DNA of 64,000 nucleotides from NCBI GenBank assembly GCA_028534125.1, contig CM052817.1:58654001-58718000 (forward strand), read 5' to 3'. This DNA is from Lama glama (taxonomy: Eukaryota). Of the stretch, positions 1 through 11,939 are shown in pieces. Position 1 is the stretch's first letter; each line of letters opens with the position of its first letter. The translations under genes were made by a program, and so were the position numbers. The notes beneath the pieces are model-generated. The model made no database searches. It had not been told where the DNA came from and was given only the letters and a program-made list of their open reading frames with translations.

Positions 1-391
1 ACTGTGAGGTATATATTTTAGGGGGAAGTACTTAGAAACTTTAGTTAATACATTAAATATTTCACTGAATTTTAATAGCTTCAATTCTGAACTTTTTGAA
101 AATTGGTGCATTTTATTATAATTTTTTATTAGCATTAGTTTTCAAACATTAAATCAGAGCATGTTTAGTAGCTGTCTAACTTGTATCTTTTGGAGATTCT
201 TATTAAACAAATACTGTTTCTTAAAACTTTTAAACATGTTTTTACAAAATTCAGTACAACAAAGTATTAACTAGCTGCATTTTTTCTGGTCACTACTAAT
301 ACTTTTTTATATCATGATTATTACATGAAGTCAGTTTTTCTTAGAGAAGAGTTTTTTTTAAATAATGTATTCCAAGTATCCAGTATAGGAG

Positions 392-775
392 TGTTGACCT
401 AAAACAGATGGCCAGTTATTTCTTCAGCAAAAATGTGTCTATTTGTGTCCAACAGAAATTTGGAATTTGAGGTTTACAATCAAGGCAAGCCAAGTGCAGG
501 TCTCCTCACAGCATGGAAAGGAGAACTCTTTAAAGAAGGGGTGGGAGAATGTTAAGAGGGCTATATAGTAAACAGTCCATTGTAAGAATTGAAAGTTTGA
601 AGTTCAGCGGCTTTTCATTGGCTAAATTGTGACAGTCTCTCATTGGCTGAGCTCTTCTAGGAGAAAAGAGTTGTTGGGCTCTGCTATGGTTGCAGGGCAT
701 GAAAGCTCCCCCTTCTGGCTTCACAATTCTATTTCAATTGAGCTTTCTTATTGATTGATTTTTATTGTAGGTACA
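392..775 (-). mobile_element. Old ERV1-type solo LTR remnant (family uncertain; right boundary approximate)
   Basis: Starts TGTTGAC at 392. Two CATTGGCT (CCAAT boxes on minus) at 616-623 and 641-648, and a TATA-like CTATATAG at 561-568. More GC-rich than its flanks. No TSD found. Confidence 0.55.
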
Positions 776-2489
776 TTACTGAGTTCAGCACTTCTTCCTC
801 CTAGGTAAAGACCAACTTAAAAGCCAGATCACTTAAAAATTTTAAATAAAAATTAGACCTTTTTTGTTATTAAACCTTTGTCCTTGTTCAAAGCAAATAC
901 TGAAAATTCCATTACTTGAGTGTAAGTAAACATAGAAACAATCATTTTTCTCCAGTCTTAAAATGTCATTTGCTTTATTTAAATGTAAGCCAAGCTCTCA
1001 TCTCATTTGTTAACATTTAAATAGCAAAGTATGGGGCTTCATGAAGGCCAGTGTAGAACTGATGGATTTTGAAAAATGGATGGTAATTGAAGAACTGAAA
1101 GTGTAGCATTATATGTAATCAGGTTACTATGCAGAGTAAAAAAGGGAGGGGGACGAAAAATAAGACTAAGAAATACATATGGCTAAATAGCACTTTATCA
1201 AGAATCTGCAGAGAATAATTTTGATTTGGTTTAAAAACATACTCAACTCAAATTGAATAAAATTGTATGCTCTTAAACCTTTAATAACAGAATAATTCCT
1301 CCTTGATAAGAGAAACATTCTTTATGCATGAAAATCATATCCTGATTTCATCTTAAAAGTAATTCCCACTTGCTCTACATTCTATTATAATTTATGGTAT
1401 TATTTCATGCCAGTCATTTGAAGATAGAATATTACAGGCCCATGGATAATTTACATGAGAACAGACAGCTGTAAGTACTTTCAAATCCTTTCTTTCTCAT
1501 ATTTAGCAAACATTAGGAACAGAAAAGAAAGAGATTAGGTATACTTAAACATTATTAAAGTGTCAGGCTACTTTCCCTTTTTCAGGCAAATTAATTGCAT
1601 ATATCCCAGAAAAGGCTTATCTCAGCAGTAATTACTCTCCTGGTCAGGTCTGAGACAGATGTACAGTGTGAATATGACAATACTCTCTGCTACATAATGG
1701 CTATTAGCCTCCAGATTCTTACACCCTCCAGTACCCTGCCAAAAAAGATACAATCTTTAATATTCTGCTGCACTTGCCTTGGCAATCCTACGTATTTGTT
1801 TAAGTCTTTATCACGAGGTGTTGTCATATTGCAGTTTGGTAATGGCTGTGGGGAAATAATTGTGGTTTAATTTAAAGGCCAGTATGAAGGTGTGTTAACT
1901 TAAAGCCATATATATTTTAAAAGGAACCTGCAGCCATATTATAGCAAAATTAGGCATGTAGCTGAAAAGTATACGTGTTGGGCATTTTAGACTTCTTAAA
2001 TTTATTCTATAAGATATGTCATATAACTTAGTAGTTTTCTCTTCATTCTTTTATTCTTAAACCAGTTGAGATTCCAGTGCTTAAAGTAATTGACCAAAGA
2101 AAATATTGAAGTAGTTAATGGGACAGAAAGATAGCAAAGACTTAGAATTAGTGGAAAATATATAAATCATGTTCTCAAATTCTTGAAGATGTAAATAATA
2201 CGCAACCAAAGAATGTATAGTGATGTGCATATATGCTATGTTTGTGTAGATACATCTATATCAGTGTAAATAAATTACATATAAAACTATCTGTAACAAT
2301 GTTTTTACAAAACATCTATATATAACAAAATGTAATATTCTGCTTCACAATAGAGTATCTTTAAAAATTTGAAAATCAGTTTTCTGAGCTAGAGACTGAC
2401 TGCAGCAAGGGTTAAACAGATAAAGCAATTGAATGGTCTCCAAGGAGCCAACATTCAAATGAGGAAGACAGGCATAAACAGACCAATTT

Positions 2490-2715
2490 AGTAACAATAG
2501 CCATAATTTACTAAGCTCCTACTCTTTGACACATGCTCTAAATGGTTTAGGCTTGTTATTGACTTTAGTAACTTACAATAAAATTGAGAAGTATATATTA
2601 TCACTTCCAGTTCATCTAGGTTAAAACTGAACCTCAGGGATTAAGTGATTTGTTCAAGTCTGTATAATAAGTGATAATAAGAATTTGAAATAAAATCTGT
2701 CTGACTCTATGAGCA
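2490..2715 (-). mobile_element. MIR SINE fossil
   Basis: Degenerate MIR core: aaaactgaacctcagggattaagtgatttgttcaagtc...atttgaa...tctgtctgactct. Confidence 0.65.
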
Positions 2716-3085
2716 TAATTTTTTCTCTCCTACATATAACAGGTTTATAAATCATGAAACAGTGAGTTTATTGCTATACTACTGGATACAATGGTTCTCC
2801 TTCACTGTTTACCAATACCATAGTAAAAACAATAGCTCCTGTTCCTGGTAATAGGAGTCAGACTGGGTGGTAAGGGCTGCAGGTGTGTGGTATGAAACAG
2901 GTGGACTTAAATCGGAGCAGCACCTATAGCACTTTGCACAGGTTGGAGGGGAGCATGGTGGCTTTTCTTAGGATATGGGACATCACAGGCACATGTCATT
3001 GCTGTTACTTTGTCCTTTCCCATGGACCACCTTGCGTCTGATTTAAGGACACTAAATGAAACCCATTATTAAAAAGCTCTTGTGA

Positions 3086-3499
3086 TGTTACGGAAACGAC
3101 AGGCCAGTCAAGAAACAAGCACCACTCGGAGGGTTGGAGTACTCAGGTGTATTGCGCCTGCGGGCTCAGAGGGGCTTCTGCTCCGAAGCTCTGAGCACCT
3201 CCAAGACGTGCGCATGAGATTTTATAGGGTAAAGTACAAGCTTGGGGTATTAGGCTAGTAGGCATGGAATAGCTTTAGCAGCATTATCATCACAAAAGTG
3301 GAGGCGGGGAGGCAGCAAACCAACATTCCAAAGCCAGATATGCATCTTTCAAAACCCAACTGGCTAGCAAAAAAACATAAACAGCAAACCAACACTAATT
3401 AACTTAGATTTACAAGTTAGTCCAGCAGAACTCAGATCAGTATTCCAATACTTAGACTTGTGACTTATCTTGTTAGCCCAGCCTGGTTTTTCCTTCACA
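3086..3499 (-). mobile_element. Young ERV1-class solo LTR (414 bp) with 4-bp TSD GTGA
   Basis: TG...CA termini with GTGA at 3082-3085 and 3500-3503. On minus: TATAAAA (3220-3226) and variant poly(A) signal AATACA (3148-3153). GC box GAGGCGGGG at 3301. Many CpGs retained. Confidence 0.9.
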
Positions 3500-3830
3500 G
3501 TGAAACAATTTAAATGCAAAATGGATGTCACAGTGAACAGTAGTGATAAAACAGAAGAAAATAGAACTATAAAATGATCTCAAGACTAGGAATCAAAAAT
3601 TATAGAAGCAAAAAGGAAAGGGCAAAGTCAAAATTGATTCTAATCTAAAATATTCTAGAAATCAAACTAAGGGAACAGCATTCAACAAAATAATAAAAAT
3701 GTTACATGTATTTATTGCTAATGTAGTTAGCTCCTTATTTTTACAAGAAAACTGTTAGAGAACTGTGAAACTATTTTTTTTTTACAATAAATGGTCTACA
3801 ATGTGAGCATACTCAAACATTCATAACTTA

Positions 3831-4301
3831 TGTCGACTGAAATAAATGTGCAGCCTAGAAGTTAAGAGTTGTGTTTTATTTGGCAGGAGGACTCGAGCCG
3901 GGATGACAGCCTCTCGGATTGCTCTGAGGGACTGCTCCAAAGAGGTGGGGGAGGAGCTAGAATATATATAGAAGCCTTACAACAAAGGCCAGGTAGTTGG
4001 AACAATAAAAGATTGTTATCTAAAGAAAGCCAGGCACCTCAAGTTAAAGAATTCAGTGCTTTTCTATGTATGGGAGAAGCAAACATTTGGGCTCACTGAA
4101 TTCATTCCTTTGACAAGCACCTAGCTACCTAGGGTCAGTATCCTGTCCTTTCTTATTCTGAGTCCCCTCAGAGTACACCATTGTGAGTGGCTGCAGAGGC
4201 TGGGCTGCAGGCCTGTCCCCACTGGGGGGTGGCGGCAGCCGCTGATGACTTGGTTTCAGCATTCTTTGTTTACTGATATGGTTGCAGTATTTTCGTTCAC
4301 A
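3831..4301 (-). mobile_element. ERV1 solo LTR, MER41-like (471 bp), with 4-bp TSD CTTA
   Basis: TG...CA termini with CTTA at 3827-3830 and 4302-4305. AATAAA on minus near 3875-3880 and TATATATA near 3963. Resembles artiodactyl MER41-type LTRs as I recall them. Confidence 0.88.
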
Positions 4302-7300
4302 CTTATATTTGTGAAAATAGACTGAAGTATATGTGGCAATTAAGTACCAATTACCATGTGTCAGTATTATGCTGGGCAACTTGATTATGTATCTCACATC
4401 ACAGTGTCATACTTTTTTTCTTTATCCTCAAGGAAGTTGAGGCTTAACCATGTTAAATTGCTCGAAGTTAGATTCTTTAAATGACATCGTATAGGTCTCT
4501 ATGCATATGTAAATTAAATTTGATTGTTTGCTATGGAGAAGCAAAAAGTGTTGCACTATCTTGTTCCTTAGATCATTGCTCACTGTAGCATGCTCAGACT
4601 GGAGAATCAGGCTGAAAGGAACAAAGAAAATAGAAATCATGTAAAGCCAGTGGTTACAAGGGCATCTGAGCTTCTGAAGTTTCTGGAATTTAGGTGCTTT
4701 GTAATGAGAGCTCCTTGAAGTTCCTGTAACTTCCAGACACAATTGCCAATTGTCCATTTATTAAACTCCCAATTCCTAGTACATTTCACAGTTCTTGGTT
4801 TGACAGCCAGCCAAAATTAACCGGATAGTGTTTAAAGGCTTCCTGGGTTTGAAGCTGTTGTACCCACCACTTTATTTCCTTTCAACTACATAACTTTTGT
4901 CAATTGTCCTTCATTTGTGTGCAAACCAGTTTGGTAGCAACACTAAATTATTACTCTAAAAAGTGACTGAACTTTAATTTGAAAAAAACTGAGACGTAAA
5001 ACCCATCTTAACACCAATATAATAGATGTCCAATCCATATACCCTTTTCTTCCCTTTGTCCTTTATTTTAGTTTTAGTCATTTACTGTTCCCAGCTACTC
5101 CAAACTGTCAGTTTTGTCATTCTCACCGCATTGCAAACAGGAAAACTAAATTTCAGCACAACTAATGAACTTTCCCATTAGCTAATGAGCAGCAGATGAG
5201 AGCCTGAGGGATGTTTTAGGGTGGTGCTAGCCTGCCTTTGCCTAAGATCTACTTCTTACTGGATATACAGAGAAGCCACCTTTTGGCAAGGGATTTGGAG
5301 GGTGTGACAGTCAATGAAAAAAACTTGTTTTATTGACTGTTCACTTGGTAACTAATCTTACTTTTTGACTAAAAATAATAGATACTGTCCCTAGTTCTCT
5401 ACCATTTTAAACACTATCTTGGACTGAATAGCCTATCTTGTTATAATTTTTCACTTTAGAAAACTATCATTATATAATTTTCCATGGATGAAAGTATATT
5501 TTTCCTTCTGAACTCTGTCAAATAGGCATACTTGTTTTAGCAAAAATAGTCAAGCTGCTAGAAGAATGATACTATGCCAGTTAGACTGCTCAAGATTGGC
5601 TTGAGTTCTGTCCAGTACGTTGCAAAAAGCAGACACTTGGCAAGTTTAATGTCATGCATCTGATGTAATTGAAATGAAGATTGGTTGAATAAGTTTATTT
5701 CATCCTTGAAACTTTATGAATACAACTGTCATTATTTTAACAACAAATGCTGCTGCTTAAGTCTCACTATTTGCATATTGTAATGGAGGGTATTTTTTAC
5801 ATCAGACAATTTTGGCCAAATGTTAGGTAAATTTTACACTATTTTAAAAATTTTTAGACTGTTTTAGAATTTTTTTGATGAAAGTTACCTAAGTGACAAG
5901 AAATTTGTTACCCATTACTCCACTATCCCAACGTGATTCAGGTGTTTTTCCTTCCTTTTTAAAAGATGTAACTGGAATGTTAATAACTAAGTATTTGTTC
6001 CCGAATTTTATGTCAAATACATTTTATGTCTATTTTCTTAATCTCAAAAGTAACATTACTGGAGTAAAGGACAAAACATCCTTTTTCACAAGCTTTAGGG
6101 GTTACTTTTTAACTTTTTAAAAGACTTAGTGGTATAAGTCCATATTTGCTAATAATATTTTTTGTCAACTGTGTATGAAAATAGTCATATAATGAGTCCT
6201 TTTGAAACAAAATGAAATTTCAGTGACTAAATTTTCTGTCCCTACTGGAAATGTATGCAAAGGAATAAAGTTTTATTTGTGTGTGTTCAGCTAGAGTTAG
6301 ATATATGCATAAACACATTTGATAATCTAACCAAAACTATGACAACTTATTTCTGAGCCATAGCAAATGGGTAATCTAATTTAAAAAAAATGAAGCTTCA
6401 GTGTTTACTGGTATGTGTTTAAAAAAAAATTGTTTCTTAGAAAACTACAGAACTTAAACATGTTAATTGCTTTGAATTGACTGTTTATATCCAGTTTGAT
6501 TCTTTTATGTATGCAGAAGTGTGATTACCAAAGTGCATGATCTTAGAGATTCATAAGTAAATGAAGTACTGCATTCTGGAAACCTGTATTTCTGTCATTA
6601 GGCAAATGAACATGATTCCTTTTGTTTCAAAATACGTAAAAATTTGCCATATGTTTTTTTTACTCGGAAGCATTTAACTACTAAAAACTCACATTGACAA
6701 GACCAATCTTTCCCAACATTTTATAGATGTTTCCTTTGAGAACTAAATGATGTATACTTGAAAAAAATACTGAAGTTTCAATTTCATTGTTCTAATTTAT
6801 AGTATTCTTCCATAGATAATGTTAAACTTTTTGCAACAATACACTTCCTATATATCAATGCCAAGCCTACTACGTACATGTTATCCTAGTCATATTCCAT
6901 CTTTGAGGTGACAAGATAGACACCTATTATAGTTTCAAAGACAAGTGATCTTACATTCTTCAGTGTTTTTGTAATAACTTATGGGGCTAGTTCCCTTCCC
7001 TTTAACACAAGGACAGTATAAAGTAAGCTCTGAAGTTAGAGACTACTAATAGCCCTTTCATGATGGCTCGTACTTGGGACATTTTTCTTGGTAAGAAGAA
7101 AGACTTACAACAAGGGATTTGTGTATCTCTATAAAGACATTTCATTACTTAATTGCCACTCAGTCCCCAGTATTAAGAACCAGTGCATAAAATAGTGCAT
7201 GTCCCAAAAGCACTCAAATTATTTAATGAATAAATTAATATATTATTCTAAGTAGGCAAAATTCATTCCTAATTCCTTAGCTGAAATAAACAAAGCCTTC

Positions 7301-9556
7301 ATTGTGTTATATATGCAACTCTAAATGATTTTCCATGTATTTTCAGTTTAAAGGAAGTTCTTTGAAGATTTCTGTCAGTTGGCCCTCATGGAAGTCACAA
7401 ACCTATTTCCCTCCCTAGTATTCACAAGTTGATGATTAATGATCAGGATAAACTCTAAAATGAATAATTTATTTCTTGCTAACAATCAACTTTAAGTCAT
7501 TAAGATTTCATAAATGATTCTCAAAGGATAGGTTGAATCTTAGTACCTCAGTAAGCTGAATGAATTAATACTAAACATTGATGTTGGAGGCTACTTGAAT
7601 GAATAGTTTCAGTACAATCTTCCTTTTACCATAGGATTCCTTAGCTAATTACAGTGCAGAGGAAAAAGGTTAACCCCATTCTAGGAGTATTAAAGGATAG
7701 TTTCCAGATGTTCACTAATGCACATTAAGAATTAAATCTGTATCACTACTAATGCAAATTAAGAAATATCTATCAATCATGTTGCATCATTTTTCAACTG
7801 CTGTTACTTTAAAATACCTTTTTCATTTGTACCTACTAACATTTTTTTCTTAGAATTTTACTTTTTTTTCAAACTAATATAGCCAGTTACAGCTTCATAT
7901 TAGAACTTCTAAATACAATGATTTTAGACATACTTGCCACTTTATATTTAAGGTTACATTTATGATATGAAGTATTATCTTGGGGCCATGAGACAACATT
8001 GTAAGACTGTAATCCCAGGTCAGTGATGTGCTTAAAATTACTGCATGTTGATACATAGGATTTGCCCCTTGAGCATATTTTATTCAAATCTAGTTGAAAG
8101 ATATTTTCTTTGCTTTCCCGGTACATCTTTGATAACATCTGCTTTGTCAGCAGCTCCTGGAACTCTCATCAAAGATGACAACTGAGGAAAACCAGATTTT
8201 TCCAGAGAGATGTATCCAAGTAGAATATAGTTTTATTTTTGCCACGTTGAAATACGTTACACCAGATTGTTTTAATTGTATGCAAGACATCTGGGAGAAT
8301 TTTGTTACAGTCTAGAGAATCATATACCATTATGAAATTTTAGCCTTTTTTGCCTTATTACAGCCAGCACAAGGTCTGGAATATTATGGGTGCATATTTC
8401 CTAATTTCCAGTGACTCAGCTTTACTGAATTAAGCCTAGAATTCAGTGATAGACTCTGCCTTTTAAAACTGGTACTCACATATATGACTTAAAGATATTT
8501 CAGGACTTGGGGAAAACATTCCCATTTGGGTCATCTTCTCAACTTTCTGAGATAGACAGACCTCTGTTCTGACCTGGCATGAGAGTAATGATATTCCTAC
8601 ATGGGCAAATTATATGGTACTCCTGGGTGGAATATTTTTAGCTCGATAGGAAGCTGACAAATAGAATTTCATGCACACTCATCTATGCCCCTCATTCCCT
8701 TACTGTTCTGCTACTGATGAACAGAAACGATCAGCAAACCCACAGAATTTAGATCAAGCTGCTTTTTGGGTCTGTCATCCTAAGGAAAGATTATTAGTTC
8801 AGTCTCAAACTGCAGAAAAATTTTTGTTCATAACCTAAAATGGATAAGCAGACACATATTCTGCTGAGCCTCACCCAACCATTTCTTTTCTTGGCCCTCT
8901 CTGACTTACCCCGAGAGTTCCTGGCAGACACTCTAGTCCTTTTAGTCTAACAAAATTTAAAGATTTAAAAATTTTAACATAGCAGTACTGCATAGTGTAT
9001 ATATACCCATATAGGAAAATCATAACAAATAATAATAAAACTTTAAAATTCAAGAATATAAATATTTCTAGTTAATGGGGTCTCTGAATATTTTCATTAC
9101 TAGAAAGATTGAGATTATAAACATATAATTTAAAATGTTTCAATTGTCCAATTTAATTATTCAATAATCAAATGATTGCAATAGGTAAATGAACTGTTTT
9201 CTATAATTAAATACATATTTGAATTGTAACTTACATGAACTGCTCTATCTTTTTCAACCTGTGAATTACCAAGTGTTTTATGTGTTCTATATTGCTAACT
9301 GCTTTGAAATATATTAGTAAGATCTTAGGCTCCTTGGATTATCTAAAGAATCCAAAATAGATACAAGCAATTAATCATATACTTAGTTAGCTTATGACAC
9401 CAAAAAACATCAGAACATCAAACATGTGTATGACAATAGATTTAAGTAACAGCAGGTTTAATAAATGTGAGTATACTTTTCATACAACTTCCAACTACAG
9501 GTTCTGAAACAACTGAAATCTAGACATGAGAGAATGCAAGACCTGTGCCCTCCATA

Positions 9557-9914
9557 TGCCCTCGATTTTGTTTGCGCTGCTGGAACACAGTACCATAGAC
9601 TGTGTGGCTTAACAATAAGGATGTATTTCTCTAAGTTCTGGAGCCTGAAAGTCTGAGACCAGGGTGCCAGCATGGTTGAATTCTAGTAAGGGCTGGCTTC
9701 TAGGTTGCACACTACCAACTTGTAGTCGCATCCTCATATGGTAGGAAGAGGACAGGCTAGCTCTCTGGTCCCTTCTTATGAGGGCATTAATTTCTTACCT
9801 GAGGGCTCTACCTCAAGACCTAAGGACCTCCCAAAGGCCCCACCTCCTTATCCCATCACATTGGGCACTCAGTATTTATGAATTTTGAAGGATACAAGCA
9901 TTCAGTCTATAACA
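9557..9914 (-). mobile_element. MaLR LTR, MLT1A/MLT1A0-like
   Basis: Characteristic segments gctgct...taccatagactg.gtggctta, aagttctggag.ctg.aagtc.gaga.ca.ggtgccagcatggt, cctcccaaaggccccacctcct, cattcagtctataaca. Length about 358 bp. Confidence 0.88.
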
Positions 9915-10748
9915 GACCTGTAGAAGTGGTATGTGCCTACTAACCTTGCTGCAGGCTCATTGCGGCATCACATCTGTGGTCCCAAAAATGGAACCATGGA
10001 AAGACATTGATTTCTAGAAGGCAATTTTGAAAGGTTTTATTTTTTTTCCACAAATTTTGTATTTTAATGAAACTGGTGCAATTTCCAATTAAAATGTCTC
10101 AGTCCAAAATGTACAAATGAAATAAAGAGCAGCATTCTGTTTTTTACACTTCTGCATGAGTAACAAGAGTGGCCATCTCCCCCAACCCGTCAGGGCTCTG
10201 ACAGGAGGCACAGACCAATTCTTAAGTCCTGGTCCAAGTATGTTTATGTGGAAGGAGGAGCAGGAGGAGAAAGTCCACATCAATATGTCAGATTATCTCA
10301 AAAGAGACCATCAGAGAGGATGAACTTCCCATGTTTTATTCTTTCACCTAATCTCAACAATTAGATAGGCATTTCTCTTCTGTTGTTGAAGCATAGTTTA
10401 GGAGGAATAAAACAAAGACTGGAAATCCTTCTTCCATTCTTCCAAAATGGGGAAAGTTCATACTTAACAACTAAGATAGGAACACTAGAATAAAAAGAAA
10501 ATGGTTCTCTCAAAGGGAAATGTTAAGTGAAAGACTGATACATGGATTGTCTCTTTATTCTATCTGATAGTCATTAGCTAATCCTCTGGTCTTTGAGATA
10601 GTGGCTTTGACTGAAATTATAATAAATTAATATAATGATGTAATACAATACAATTCTAAAAATATAATACAACGTACTTTATACAACATGTCCTAAATTA
10701 TCCTTTTGATCTCTGCTGCTTTAGTATCTTGACATTTATTATTTTATT

Positions 10749-10812
10749 AAAGCTGCCATTGAAATGAGCATCATTTAGTAGGAGAAAATTCTTTATTTTA
10801 CTATGGATAAAA
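10749..10812 (+). repeat. 64-bp dispersed direct repeat, copy 1
   Basis: aaagctgccattgaaatgagcatcatttagtaggagaaaattctttattttactatggataaaa; 62/64 identical to 11876-11939. Confidence 0.95.
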
Positions 10813-11875
10813 GAAATTAAATCCGTTCCACTAAATTTTAATATTAAATGTGTGTGGGTGGAGAAGAACGAGGAGAAAGGTTGTATCTTAATTCAGAAAT
10901 AGAAAGGAGACAAAATAACCATTTTCGATTACAAGAGGTTGACTCTGACATTAATTTCACTATGAGAAATCTGTAATCTTCATTTTAAAGAAATTAATTC
11001 GTAGCAGTACTATTTATGTAGTGCTGTGTGCTCAAATCTTTGAAGAACTTTTCTATATTATGATTAGCTTAAGATGTCTAGCCTGGAGTATTCCATTTTT
11101 TTTTTTTATTAGCTTTGTGATTACATCCTCCCACTAGTTATCTGCTGAAATGAAGTAGACAGCTCTGAATTTCAGCAAACTCAGGAGTAAAGTTTCATGA
11201 CTAGTATTAAAAAAAATTTAAATGTCAATATTAAAAATGTTTCATAGTTCATAAATTTTGTCTTCACTGACTACAGTGCCTATGTATAAGGCTTAAAGCA
11301 CATCAGCAAAGGGATAATATTATACTGCAAAAACAAAGCATCTTTATCCATGAAATCTGTGAAGTCTCTCAGTTTCTTTGATAGTTATAACCCTGTCTGC
11401 AAGTCTGAATTTCCATGGCAATTGTTGCATTTCTCATTAGAGAGTAAATTCTTTTTTTCAGTTGATGAAATAGCATCTGGGTTAATGAAGAAACCATTTT
11501 TTTCACCCCTTAAAAAAAAATGGTAGATAGTACCAGTGTGCTATCATGTAATCATCACGTAAGTTAGGCAGACTACCTGATTCCTTACAGCTCAGAAACA
11601 CCTTGCCTATGACATGTCCCTATAGAGTTTTACCTGTATCCTAGAGACAGAGTCAGCACCTAGACTCAGCGGTCACTAAGTGATGTTTTTCCTCCCCTTT
11701 GGAAAATAAGATCAGTGTCTAAAACCTCTGTAGTGATTTGAAACAGGAATGACACATGCCTTTTCAAAAATAGCCTTTGTTATCAAAATACTAGTTTTGA
11801 TGACTCATTCCTAAGACAAGAAATCAGGAACATGTTTGGGGCAAGGGTGGGAACAAACAAAAAACAATGCTTGAG

Positions 11876-11939
11876 AAAGCTTCCATTGAAATGAGCATCA
11901 TTTAGTAGGAGAGAATTCTTTATTTTACTATGGATAAAA
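11876..11939 (+). repeat. 64-bp dispersed direct repeat, copy 2
   Basis: aaagcttccattgaaatgagcatcatttagtaggagagaattctttattttactatggataaaa; 62/64 identical to 10749-10812. Confidence 0.95.

Noticed and set aside
3831..4301. MER41-like LTR as an interferon-gamma (STAT1 GAS) enhancer
   Set aside because: I found no TTCnnnGAA motif in this copy.
8150..8315. Open frame QLLELSSKMTTEENQIFPER after tttgtcag
   Set aside because: No good donor site; runs to a stop; probably chance.
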